From Perna viridis (taxonomy: Eukaryota): a stretch of 64,000 nt of DNA. Both the position numbers and the translations under genes were made by a program. Below the pieces are notes generated by a model that was given only the letters and a program-made list of their open reading frames with translations, made no database searches and was not told the DNA's origin. Below, in pieces: positions 1 to 12,800 of the stretch; the stretch's first letter is position 1, and every line of letters begins with the position of its first letter. The stretch covers positions 124,001-188,000 of the forward strand of contig CM074519.1 in assembly GCA_037379345.1 (NCBI GenBank). Reading direction: 5' to 3'.

Positions 1-740
1 CAATCATTTTGAAAATTTTGGCATAGGTCCGTCTCATGATGCTGAACAATATTATTCATGCCAGAAATTTGCTAGAGGCAATGGTTTTTGAGTTATTTGC
101 AAAAAACTGCAATCTGACCCCTATGTTCTATTTTTAGTAACAGCAGCCATTTTTTTTCGTGGATCAAAAATCCCAACCATTATTTTGTGCACAACACCCT
201 AAGGAACAATCATGCCAAGTTTAAAATCTGTCAGTTCAGTAGTTTCAGAGGAGAAGATTTTTTAAAATTTGTCCATGACGACGACGAATGCCAAGTGATG
301 GCATAAGCTCACTTGGCCTTCGGCCAGGTGAGCTAAATATAAAAAAAAAGTTGAAAAAGGGCAATAACTCTAACATGGCTTAATGGATTAAAACCAACAT
401 TTGACTACAGATAGATCTCATCATGCTGAACACTTTTACCCTGTCCGAATTGAGCTAAACCGAACGGTTTCAGAGATATATGTGAAAACTACTGTTCTAT
501 TTTAGTAACGGCAGCAATGTTTTTCGACAGATCAAAAATCCAAAAATCAGTTATGCACAACACCCCAAGGAGCATTCATACCAAGTTTGGTACCAATTGG
601 TCCAGTAGTGTCAGAGGAGAAGAGTTTTGAAAACTTATTAACAACGACAACAGACGCCAAGTGATACCATAGCTCACGTGTCCTTCGGCCAGACGCCAAG
701 TGATACCATAGCTCACGTGTCCTTCGGCCAGGTGAGCTAA
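1..740. mobile_element. Non-autonomous DNA-element-like repeat copies ending in the AGCTCAC...GGCC..GGCC...GTGAGCT hairpin (in a DENR intron)
   Basis: Hairpin end 'agctcacttggccttcggccaggtgagct' at about 307-335 and again about 710-738; internal subrepeats shared with 7780-8625 and the end at about 6240-6287. Superfamily not assigned. Confidence 0.6.
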
Positions 741-982
741 AAAACTGCTGACTGACCCTTATATTCTATTTTTAATAATGGCAGCCATATTGCTTGATGG
801 ATCAAAATTTCTCAAACCAGTTCTTTGCAGGATACACAAAGGAACATTCCTACCAAATTTGGTTCCAATTGGTCAAGTAGTGTCAGAGGAGAAGAGTTTT
901 GAAAAACTATTTAATAAATAAGATAAAATAAATATAAAATAATTGAAGTATTTATAAAGTTTTCATCTTACTAACTACATAC

Positions 983-1002
983 CTCTAGAGGCATACTGCA
1001 TT
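983..1002 (-). CDS. DENR: DENR coding exon 2 (20 nt; E-C-S-M-P-L-E); gene continues beyond the left edge
   Basis: ttgcag|AATGCAGTATGCCTCTAGAG|gtatgt; joins exon 1787-1877 in phase 1 to give YPLQVLYCGECSMPLE, matching the DENR zinc-binding motif YPLRVLYCGVCSLPTE. Confidence 0.9.
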
Positions 1003-1786
1003 CTGCAACAGAAAAATTCTTAATTATTTTCAGGATACTCTGATGGTTGATATGCAGTGATGTCTTCCTTCTTGACACACATATCAACATGTGATTAAAT
1101 GATTCAGTTGTCATGTTTGAACATTTTTGGAGTGCATTTTCTATTGATGCATGGTAAAAACACATTAACTTGAAGTTTCAGAAAAATCTACTGACATTTA
1201 GACATTCTTACCATGAATTGATCAACCCCATTCTTGTAGACATATTTTGTTCGCCTGTTAATAAAGAAGTTAGACGCAGGGACTTAATTAGGTTATTATA
1301 AAACACTTCCAGCTTATATACATCATCAAATTTTGTGTTAATCATGTATACATGTAGTTGTCCGATATTTATGGTTTCTTTTTCAAGAGTATTATGGCGG
1401 TCGTGTATCATTCTTGACTACTACATGTACCACCTTCTTAGCATTTAAACAAGAATTTAATAATTAACACATGCATACATGTACACATATCTTGACAAAT
1501 AATTGTGTGTACAAGGTATATCAAGTCACAGGACAGGTGTAAATGCCTGGCAAACTGGCAGAAAAACATACAATTGCTAATCATCTCTAATAACAATGTA
1601 AATATATAGAAAATGTCTCTGTGATATTAAACATGGAATCCCACAAGAGAGATATAAAAAATGTAAAGGATGGTCCAAATTAATCCTTTTGAACAATAGG
1701 ATATTGCTTAAGGAAATAAATACCAGTCTTTTACTCTGGTTCTAAGCCTGGCCTATCTTCAGAACAGAAACCTTGTAGAGACCTAC

Positions 1787-1877
1787 CTCCACAATACAGG
1801 ACCTGAAGAGGATATGTGACTCCTGGTTCCGCACAAGCTAGAGGGAGAAAACAACTTTCTGTCTCAGCTGCAGCCAT
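1787..1877 (-). CDS. DENR: DENR (density-regulated translation reinitiation factor) first coding exon, MAAAETESCFLPLACAEPGVTYPLQVLYCG
   Basis: Acceptor tttgcag before 1897, ATG at 1877, donor G|gtaggt at 1787; YPLxVLYCG motif. Confidence 0.9.
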
Positions 1878-2754
1878 ATCAGGTTCCCTTGAATTATCTG
1901 CAAATTAAATTATATTTAGTTATTGTTCAGGTTCAATTTCTTTTAAGAATAGAAAAGGTCTTTGTTTTTCACACCTCTACAATCTTAAGGTACAAGGACA
2001 CAATTAATTTCGTAGTGCATTTCAACAGACCCATCTTGACATATAAGAAAAATTCCACCGCTTCAAACTCATTCAAACTTGACCAATATGGAAACATGTA
2101 TAAAAGCAGATTTCTATAAGAGTGCCAGAAAAATTCACCATCATATTTTATTTTTAGCATCTTTGCTTCAGAAACCCTGTGGGCACGAAAAGTGACCACT
2201 ACCAAATGTCCTAAATTTTGACCTTTTTTGATAGGACCAAATCACAATTTCCACATAAAATTACAGGATGGAAAAAAACCTTGTAAATTTGATCCTTGCC
2301 CTAAATTTCTGCAGTTAATACTAAGCAATAAAGTTTATGACAGCAAAGAAAAAAAATCAGGAAGAAACACACTAAAAAAAGGAACTATATTCGTATACAA
2401 CGAAAAGTCGAGGGGAATTAATTGTGATCTCGTATCTTAAGTGATAGTAGTAGGTTACATGCATACGTATATTGAGCATGCTCTACACATGCTCATCAAC
2501 TACCCCAACGTTAGCACAAAAGGGTCTATTAATGTTTCTTCGGGAGCGTTAAAAGGTTTCACCTTCATCGTCTTATTATAATGACTAATGTAACAAAATA
2601 ATTTCTACTATACTATACATGTATTTACACTCGAGTTGTACTATCTAAGAGAGACAGGGTGGCATTAGAAATAATTTGACATCATACGATAAGATATTTT
2701 AACCTTAAAACCTTCAATGCAGTATGACATTATTATAATTTACATGTATTATAC

Positions 2755-2806
2755 CTTTGAAGAATGAAGAAGCAGCACTGGCAGCACACACACACACACC
2801 GGAAGT
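2755..2806 (-). promoter_or_regulatory. DENR: Probable DENR non-coding first exon and promoter with ETS-type motif
   Basis: Donor AAAG|gtataa at 2755; CCGGAAGT at 2799-2806; locally CpG-containing. TSS not determined. Confidence 0.55.
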
Positions 2807-3254
2807 TTACAAAATCAGAAAATGGATTGAGTAAAGGACTGATTTTTAGACATGACATCTCGTACCACGGGCCAGTCGGTACCTGCATAAAAAGGGTCGA
2901 ACAACGAAGTAATCTGTTAGAGGAAATATAGAGTTGTACCATAGGCTGTTCCAGGTATATATCCTTAATAAATATATATATATATATAATTTATAATATC
3001 TACGATCATGTTTTAGACCAACTATAGAAGAAGATTAAATTTTATTTATTAAAGGGACCCATATTATAAAATGTACGAAAAATCGATAAATAAATGTCCA
3101 TTTTATGCCGAGTACAAAAATGAATTTATTCTTACTTGTCTCGATACAGACGCAGGTGTAAGATTGAGAGAGACAATATAAGAATAGTATTCACAAAGAG
3201 TTCAGCGACTCTACGGGCTCAATGTCCCCCAAAACTTTTTTGAATCTGAGCAAT

Positions 3255-3835
3255 ATAGTAAGTAAGAAAGTAAGTAAGTAGGTAATTAATTTTTGTTTAA
3301 AGTCGGGTTAATGAGTACATACAACAAATAACATAAGACATGTAAGCTCTCAAGGGCTTTTTATACCGACTACATATAAACATACAAACATCATACAGGG
3401 ATGCAGACATATACAAACATAAAAACATGTAAATACACAATTAAAACATAGGGTAAAACATATAAAGCACTATTGTAATACACGCATAAAGGATAAAAAG
3501 AAAAATAAAGGCAGTCGACAGAAAAAGCAAACAAAACTGAACAAAACAAAGAAAAACAAGGATAATGTATATAGACATTCAGCCCTATGATTTACAGATA
3601 ATACATGAGATGTGCATGGGACCTGCCAATGTACCAAATGAGGGTCTTGAAATGATATATATTTGTCTGCTTTTTTAGTTCATCCGGGAGTCTATTCCAA
3701 ATCTTTTGGGCTGAATATCTGAAGGATTTCAAACCATACCTGGTGGTTTTTACTCTGGGTATTACTGCTGTGTTGGTATACATGAAGTTATAAGAGTAAT
3801 TCTTAATTGATACAAGGTCTTGTAAAAATATTGGA
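3255..3835 (-). mobile_element. CR1/L2-type LINE 3' fragment
   Basis: ORF2 C-terminal motif IPRVKTTRYGLKSFRYSAQKIWNRLP and a (TTAC)n-like tail at about 3258-3283. Confidence 0.7.
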
Positions 3836-4039
3836 CTTTCATTATTAATGATCTTAAACTAAAAACTAAAATTTGACATAATGAAATAATAGTAAATAGT
3901 AATCTTACTCAAACAGTTTAAGAGGTGGCCGATAAGCTTGGGAACATTAAGTTGTCTTGCTGCTTTCCTGCACATATTTGTAATTTGACAAAGTCTGATA
4001 TAAAATCAAATTGTTACAAGTAATTTGACTTCTTTTTCA

Positions 4040-4700
4040 CACTATGCATAGTTGTACAATGTAGATTCATTAACAAAACTACAGATGTCGTTGGGAAAAT
4101 ATAAAACATTATATGCAGATGATTTGGTATCCAGTCGTCCTTCTGGCCTACAAGGCAATCTTGATTTACTTAACAAATTCTGTTTGGACTGGAAACTGGA
4201 AATCAATATATCAATGTCAAAAGCTATGGTATTTAATTCTAATGGCAAATTATTTTGTAACTATTTCATGCTCAATGGATCGTATATTGAAACTGTTGAC
4301 ATATATTGTTATCTGGGAATAACTTTAAAATGCGATGGAAAGTTCAATTTAGCATGCATCTAATATTTTGATGGAAAAAAAACAAGAAAATCAATGTTTA
4401 AAGTCAAAAAGACCTTAGGATTAGGTGCCCCCCCCCCTTGCAAACGTCTGAACAATATGAAAAAAATTCATACCAAATTCATTTAAGAAATTTTAGGAGT
4501 TAACTGCAAAACTTCTAACAGTGCTTGTCTTTCTGAGCTGGGTCGTCTCCATTTGTCAAGTAAAAATATGTATTCAGTGAAGTTTCTAAACCTTGTTATA
4601 CTATCTATCGAGTAATGCCTTGGTGATTGCGATATTCTATATTTGGCAATGTTCAAAGTATTCAAAAGAATTACTCCTCACCAAGTTGTCTTCTATCTTG
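4040..4700 (+). mobile_element. Degenerate non-LTR retrotransposon RT fragment
   Basis: LYADDLV...LQGNLDLL..FC..WKLEIN..K..MVFN...YCYLGI motifs; stops and frameshifts follow. Confidence 0.7.
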
Positions 4701-4755
4701 AATATAAATTGTATCAACCTTGGTGGGGAAAAATCATTATATAATAATGAATACT

Positions 4756-5535
4756 GTCTACAGATGACAACCAGACCGAAGCTAGAAATCATTGCTAAAA
4801 CAAAGGGTCTACAAATGACAACCAGGCCAAAGCTAGAAACCATTGCTAAAACAATGGGTCTACAGATGACAACCAGACCAAGGCAAGAAGCCATTGCTAA
4901 AACAAAGGGTCTACAGACGACAACCAGGCCAAAGGTAGAAACCATTGCTATAACAAAGGGTTTACAGACGACAACCAGGCAAAAGCTAGAAACCATTGCT
5001 AAAACAATTGGTCTACAGACGACAAACAGGCAAAAGCAAGAAACCACTGCTAAAACAAAGAGTCTACAGACAACTACCAGGCAAAAGCATGATACCATCG
5101 CTAAAACAAAGGGTCCACCGACGACAACCAGGCCAATGCATGATACCATCCCTAAAGCAAAGGGTCTGCAGACGACAACCAGACAAAAGCTAGAAACCAT
5201 TGCTAAAACAATGAGTCTACGGACGACAAGCAGACCAAAGCTAGAAAATTAAACTATTTCTAAAACAAAAGGTCTACAGACGACCAGACAAAAGCTAGAA
5301 ACCATTGCTGAACAATGGGTCTACAGACGACGACAGACTAAAGCTAGAAACTTTTGCTAAAACAAAGGGTGTACAGACGACAACCAGGCCAATGCTAGAA
5401 ACTATTGCTAAAACAAAGGGTGTACAGACGACAACCAGGCCAATGCTAGAAACTATAGCTAAAACAATGGGTCTACAGATGACAACCGGGCCAAAGCATG
5501 ATACTATCGCTAAAACAAAGAGTCTACAGACGACT
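4756..5535. repeat. 51-bp minisatellite, about 15 copies
   Basis: Unit ggtctacagacgacaaccaggccaaagctagaaaccattgctaaaacaaag; explains ORFs 4593-5252, 4637-5200, 5295-5561 and 5305-5553. Confidence 0.9.
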
Positions 5536-6717
5536 AAAAATGCGGTCGCATGAAATTGCATGCCGAAGTCCTCCCAAGAGAAACGTTACATGTTCTTGGA
5601 GGTAAATGGTGGATATGTTGGAGAAAGAAAATAAAATCATTTTCAACTTTTAATTAAAATCAGAATACAAATGTAGTTCGTTTTATCCAGGTTTCAGGTT
5701 TCGCATGATCTAGACCCCGGTCAAACTTCTCCAGAACCAATATTCCGCTGTTGGTTATGAATACGCGTTTTGAACTTCGTTGCAACACGGCTTAAAATCG
5801 CCATTATACGGCACTTTCAAGGGCTATAACCTCAAGGAGGGTGAACAGATTATTTGACCTAATGCCTTATCATAATTATCGTTTCAACAATATTTTTTTA
5901 TCTATTATAGTTTTCAAGATATAGACTGAATCAAAACTGCAAAAAACGCCTTCCTAGGGAAAACTCTAACAAGAAGTCGCTCGACAACTTTGACCGAATA
6001 CAGACTGTTGTGGAGCTCTTCAAACTGAATACGGACTGTCACTTTTATTTCCCAATATCTCTCATAGTATTTGAGATATAAGTAGAAATTGGTGGGTTGA
6101 CCCCTGTGGTATAAATATAGCAATGGCGGACCTGTTTTACACTTGATACATATATACAATACAATTTCTAGTGTAGATACCCTAAGGACGCTGGAGACAC
6201 TCCACTTTCAGGTTGTTTTAGACACCGACGACGACGGACGCCAAGTGATGACAAAAGTTCACATTGTCTTTTAGGCCAGGTGAGCTTAAAAGGGAGACAT
6301 CATTCACTAGTAACGAATTATTTTCCAAAGTTTCATGAAAATGGGTGCAACCACTACTGAGCTGTAAGTCAGAAAACTAAAATTTCCCACACTTTTTTCA
6401 CCTTATTTTGTACGAACTAAGTCCCATAAGTCAAAAACGAAAAATCCGACATTCATAAAAATCAGACGGTAAGTTACATCAATGGAAAGAGAAAAATCAC
6501 CGAAGTTCGACAAAAAACAGTGACAGCATTTTTGAACAATGTACGGACACTGGTATACCATTATTATTTTTGTTAGACGGGCGTATAAAAAAGATGACTG
6601 TTTAAGCAGTCAAAAATCATTTGGAAGTAGAGGCAAACAAGATCTTCAGATACAACATTTTATTTTGTACAATAATTGTAACAAGAAACAAAATGAACAA
6701 ACCGAGTTATTGGTTAT

Positions 6718-7070
6718 TAAACAATGTCCATGACTGTCCACGTCTGGAGTAAACAATGTCCATGGCTGTCCCTGTCTGAAGTAAACAATGTCCATGGCTG
6801 TCCCTGTGTGGATTTAACAATGTCCATGACTGTCCCTGTCTGGAGTAAACAATGTCCATGGCTGTCCCTGTCTGGAGTGAACAATGTCCATGGCTGTCCC
6901 TGTCTGGATTAAACAATGTCCATGGCTGTCCCTGTCTGGAGTAAACAATGTACATGGCTGTCTCTGTCTGGATTAAACAATGTCCATGACTGTCCCTGTC
7001 TGGATTAAACAATGTCCATGGCTGACCCTGTCTGGAGTAAACAATGTCCAAGGCTGTCCCTGTCTGGAGT
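6718..7070. repeat. 32-bp minisatellite, about 11 copies
   Basis: Unit aaacaatgtccatggctgtccctgtctggagt. Confidence 0.9.
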
Positions 7071-7295
7071 AGAGAAGAGTCAGTAAAAAAGAGTACATTA
7101 CTTAAGACTATCAACCATTATATCTAGCTGAATGTAGCCAAAGATTAATTAACATTTGAATATCTCAATGATACACAGAAACTTCATGAAAGATTCTGTC
7201 AATTCTAGCAGTGTCTATAGCTGTAACATGACATATATGTAAATTTCTTTCAGTATCTACAAATTTCCTCCAAAAGAAGATTGATAGAAAATGAA

Positions 7296-8625
7296 ACAAG
7301 AGGCTTCCAGGAGCCTGAATCGTTTACCTGGTTAAATTTTTGCCTTTCAGGGGCAATAACTCCAACAAGGAGCTGTCCGACAATTTTGACTCCAAAAGAC
7401 TTTGGTAGGACTTGTCATAAGGATCATTTCATCTACTGAAAGTTTCATTCTATCTATTTTAGTTTTCAAGATATTGGCTGAAAACTGCAACAAACGTAAT
7501 TATTTGCCTTTCAAGGGCAATAACTCTTACATGGAGACTTTTGTAGGCCTTTTAATAAGAATCATTTCAGTAATTGAAATTTTCATTCCATCTATCATAG
7601 TTTTCCAGATATTGGCTGAAAACTAAAAAAAAGTCATGTTTCTCCTCTCAACTCTTACATGGAGTCATCTGACAACTTTGATCCCTTAGACACTATTGTA
7701 GGCCTAATAATAAGAATCATTTCAGCTATTGAAAAAAATTGGCTAAACCTAATGGTTTTGGAGATATATATGATAAACTACTGTCCCCAAACCCGTCCTA
7801 TGCAAGATACACCAAGAAACATTCATACCCAGTTTGGTTCTAATTGATCAAATAATGTCAGAGGAGAAGATTTCTGAAAAAAACAAAAATAACATTAAAA
7901 AAAGCAAAAAACCGTCAAAAAGGGCAATAACTCCAACATGGCTCAACGGATTAAAATTAATATTTGACCAGAGATAAATCTCATCATCCTGAACACTTTT
8001 AACTCCTGTCAGAATTTAGCTAAACCAAACGGTTATGGAAATAAAAGCGAAAAACTACTGTCTGACCCCTATATTTTATTTTTAGTAACAGCGGCCATGT
8101 TTTCGACATATCAAAAATCCCCTCATCAGTTCCATGCAGGATACCCCAAGGAACATTAATTACTAAGTTTGGTTTCAAATGGTCAAGTAGTGTCGGAGGA
8201 GAAGATTTTTGAAAGAAATAACATTAAAAATAGCAAAAATCATTGGAAAAGGGCAATAACCCCAAAATGGCAGAACGGATTAAAATCAAAATTTGACCAC
8301 TGATAGATCTCATCATATTGAACACTTTTACCCGTCAGAATTAAGCTGAACCTAATGGTTTTGGAGATATATGCGAAAAACTACTGTCTGACTCCCTATG
8401 TTCTATTTTTAGTAACAGTGGCCATGTTTTTCAACGAATCAAAAATCCTCACATATGTTCTATGCAGGATACCCAAGGAACATTTATACCAAATTTGGTT
8501 CAATTAGGTCAAGTAGTTTCAGAGGAGAAGAGTTCTACATAATTGATAAGGACGACAATGGCCGGCAACGATGACAGACACCAAGTGATGGCAATAGCTC
8601 ACGTGGCCTTTGGCCAGGTGAGCTA
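7296..8625. mobile_element. Internally repetitive non-autonomous element of the same family as 1-740
   Basis: Repeated 'gggcaataactc' and 'ggtcaagtagtgtcagaggagaag' modules; ends 'atagctcacgtggcctttggccaggtgagcta'. Confidence 0.65.
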
Positions 8626-9425
8626 ATAAAACAGGAGTAGCATAATAGGAACATGTCTATTTGTAACAAAGATTTTGTGAAAGTTTCATTTAATTTCATT
8701 TTGTAGCGAAGGAGTTACAGATATGAGATTGGTCCTACCTGTTACCGAAGAACAGACGGACGCCCTATCACTATATACCCCCACTTTGTGTGGGGTGTAA
8801 TAAGAAGTGGCTTTATCTCTAATTTCTATTAATAGACATGACAATTTTTTTTTAACAAATAAATAATCAAAATGCAATTCATGTGCTTGATACCCTAAAG
8901 AAAACCCATTTTATTTTTTGTTTAAATTTATCAAGGAGTTTCAGAGGACATGTTTAAAGAATTGTGAACATACAAAATGTATGATGATGGATGGAAAGTA
9001 ATAGCAACAACTCACATGGTCTTTTGGCAAAAATAAGCAAAAAAAATTGAAATCAATGTTACAAAGATATCAATCTCAAGTTGTCAAGCTTTAGTACTGG
9101 TGATTCATGGTGGTGAAAATCCCACAGAACAAATGATGCTTTTTTTGTGGTCTATAGACGCTATATCTTTATATAACAATAGTCCTTTTTGAATTTTTGG
9201 GAAAACCATACATCTTCCACTAAAATCAACCAAATCAAACATATTCAACAACAAAAAACTCTTCCTAAGTGTCTACTTTATACACAATCTATAAACAACC
9301 AAATGAAAAACTAAGCTGGTTTTGTAGTTTGTAAGTCTGAATTAGAAATAAAAGTAAATTTGATGGGTTTCTAACAAGCATGAATCATCTCCTGTCTGAT
9401 TTTCATAAATAGTGGTACTTAAAAC

Positions 9426-9615
9426 TATCTTTATCTAATTGGTCACTTCTTGTGGAGTTCCTTTGTAAGTTTTGACAATAATTGTTTATCTTTATCTGAC
9501 TGATCACTTCTTGTGGAGTTCCTTTGTAAGTTTTGACAATAATTGTTTATCTTTATCTGATTGGTCACTTCTTGTGGAGTTCCTTTGTAAGTTTTGACAA
9601 TAATTGTTTATCTTT
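9426..9615. repeat. 61-bp tandem triplication of the TRF stop-codon region
   Basis: tcacttcttgtggagttcctttgtaagttttgacaataattgtttatcttta starts at 9443, 9504 and 9565. Confidence 0.9.
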
Positions 9616-9824
9616 ACTGATGACTCTCCACCTATCCTTTAGTTGTACGCCAGTTCTAAATGTCTGTATATCATCTTTTATCTTGGACCAATTACCAACA
9701 CCTTGTCGCTGAAGAGCTTTGAAGAACACTACAGTCTCAGAATAATTCCATGGAATTCTACGACCTCTAACACTCAATATGGATGCAGTGTCAGACAAAC
9801 CTATTCGCTCACGTAAAGGAGAAA
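9565..9824 (-). CDS. TERF: TRF last exon: Myb/telobox DNA-binding domain
   Basis: tttttcag acceptor; RRIPWNYSETVVFFKALQRQGVGNWSKIKDDIQTFRTGVQLKDRWRVISK; TGA at 9565-9567. Confidence 0.92.
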
Positions 9825-12800
9825 CTGAAAAAGAAATTTGGCAATACAATTACCAAAGGAGAATGAACCTACAGATAAATTTGGCAATAAAATTACTATC
9901 AACATTATTATTACATGTACATTTGTAGCTGATTATACAAGAAATATAATCAGGGATGATTTTACAGGGTCAACAAAGCGGAAATTGACAAAATTGGAAG
10001 TAAATATACGATAAAAAAAAAAGAATCGTAACGGTAAAATCCGGATTTGAAACAGTGGAAATCCAATAAAAAACAAAAGAAAACATCCCTGTACAATATG
10101 AACTTGAAATACTGCAAGCAAACTCACAAAGACCTCTTAGTGGACTTAAATTATGTTAATCCTTTAATTAAATATTTATCAAAATGTCCAACTCTACTTA
10201 AATGGAATATATTCTTTATACTAGTGTTTGGCCCTGTTATTTACTTGAAATTGTAGCTTACCCACTAAGAAAGCTTATTGCCATTATTTTGTGTCAAAAA
10301 ATGACTAAACCCTGACAAAAAAGATAGATGAGTAATTACAACTACCAATCAAATAACATCACAAAGTATTATTTTATACAACTTCCAATAAATTCAAACA
10401 AAAAGTTAATGGTTTGTTGATCATTCACTTTTAGTCAAGTTATTGTCTACACCTCCTGAAAATGCTTTTTTTCTATGTGTATAGCCTTTTTTTGGCACCT
10501 AATTCCTAAACAGCTCAAGTGATAATCCCTCAAACCAATCCCAGCCATTCTTTTTTTTTTTTGATATGGCACATTTTGGTATAATTTCATGAAGATCAAT
10601 ACACTTATACCCAAGTTATTGTCTTGTGACTAAAATCATCTATAGATACCTGATGACGAAAACAGTAGCATATGTATTCGAATACAATTTGTTTGCAATC
10701 AAATAAGTATGGCATGCATCAATACTTGCTTTCTACAGACTGACAAAATGACCATAATTGTCTAACCAGATTTCCAGAGCCTAGTCAACACGATACATGG
10801 ATAGATGAACAAACAAAAAGACATATGTTCCTCCATACCCACCAAAATTTCATGGGGAAAATTTAATAAAACATTTAACATGTTTAAAAGTTTGCAGATT
10901 GGTAACAGAAGAATAGCTTTTCCTCACCCTACTGTTCAAGACAGAGAAATGCCTAAAGCTAAATATGCTCATTTATTTTCTTTTTAGTAAATATACAAAT
11001 GTATATTTGTTTTTATGGAGGATTTTTTGACATATGTAAATAATGTTATATTACTATGTTCATCAGGACCACTACCATCATCAGACAGCTCTCTTCTGTC
11101 CTTTACTTCCTGTAATTTTTCATTTGTACTGAAACAAAGAAAATCTGTATTAAGGCCTCAAACGTGAAACACTGAAGTTCAAGTTGGATTATCTCCCTTT
11201 GCAAGTATCCCACAAAAAATATCTTAATGCATGTCTATAGATGATACATAAGCTTCTGAAGTTTCATCTGAATTCATTGAAAGGTTGAGGAGGAGTAGAA
11301 CTTACGCCAATAAATGGAAGGACAAACAGACAAAAGGAAATGGTGCTTCCTAGGATATGCAATAATATAAATTGTCAGGCAAGTATCCGACATCATTTCA
11401 TCTTTGAAGGCATTTTATATGAATATGTCTACAGTTAATGAATCATGATCTTTTTGTATTATTCTTATGTTAAATAACCCTTAGGTACATGATAAAATCT
11501 TGCCTGGATATCAGCACACAGAGAGAACTACTATTTCTCATCATTTTGACTTATAATTTAATGATCATTTGGGCTAAGTTAGCCAAACACTTCCAATTCA
11601 ATACACACTGAAAGCATTGCAAGCATGTATTTAATGTGATCATTGGATACTTTACACTACTAGGGATTTGTCCTGACTCCATGACCAGGCAATTATAGAT
11701 ACCTTACACTACCGAGGCCTTTTCCTGCCCAGTGACCAGGCAATAATTGATACTATACACTAAGGTCTTGTCCTGCCCCAGTAACCAGGCAATAATCAAT
11801 ACTTTACACTACCAAGGCCTTGTCCTGCCCCTGTGACCAGGCAATAATAGATACTTAACAATACTGAGGCCTTGTCTGCCCCAGTGACCAGGCAATAATA
11901 GATACTTTAAAATACTGAAGCCTTGTCCTAACTGTCCAGGATACTTTACACACTACTAAGGCCTTGTCCTGACCCAGTGACCAGGCAATAATGGATACTT
12001 TACACTACTAAGGCATTGTCCTGACTGAGTGTCCAGGATACTTTACACACTACAAAGGCCTTGTCCTGACTCAGTGACCAGGCAATAATCGATAATTTAC
12101 AATACTGAAGCCTTGTCCTGAATGAGTGTCCAGGATATTTTAAACACTACTAAGGCCTTGTCCTACCCCAGTGACAAGGCAATGATGGATACTTTACAAT
12201 ACATGTACGGAAGCCTTGTCCTGACTGAGTGCCCAGGATACTATACACACTACAAAGGCCTTGTCCTACTCCAGTGACCAGGTAATAATGTATACTTTAC
12301 ACTACTAAGGCCTTCTCCTATCCCAGTGACCAGACAATGACTGATACCTTACACTACTATGGCCTTATTCTGCCCCAGTTACCAGGCAATAATGGATACT
12401 TTACTTCTGGTGTTTCTAGAAAAGCAGAGGATGCTTAACCTACCAGTGCACCTGGTCCATGCTCCCAGTTTTCAGTGGAGTTCATTTGCTCATTTGCTTT
12501 TGTTACTTTGTATGAATGATTTTAGTTACTTTATGTTCTTTGTTGTGTATGTCTGTTTTCCATGTCTGGTCTTTGTCCCTAGATTACCACTATAACCTTG
12601 GTTCCCTTGATTACTCTTACACTGCAGAGGCCTCGTCCTGACTCAGTGTCCAGGCAATAACAGATACTTTACACTACTGGGGATTTGTCCTGACTCAGTG
12701 ACCAGGCAATAATGGATACTTTACACTACTGAAGCCTTGTCCTGACTCAGTGTCCAGGCAATAACAGATACTTTACACTACTGGGGATTTGTCCAGACTC

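Noticed and set aside
971-1411. ORFs 971-1165 and 1208-1411 as coding exons
   Set aside because: Only 983-1002 is DENR exon; the rest is intron and could not be joined in frame.
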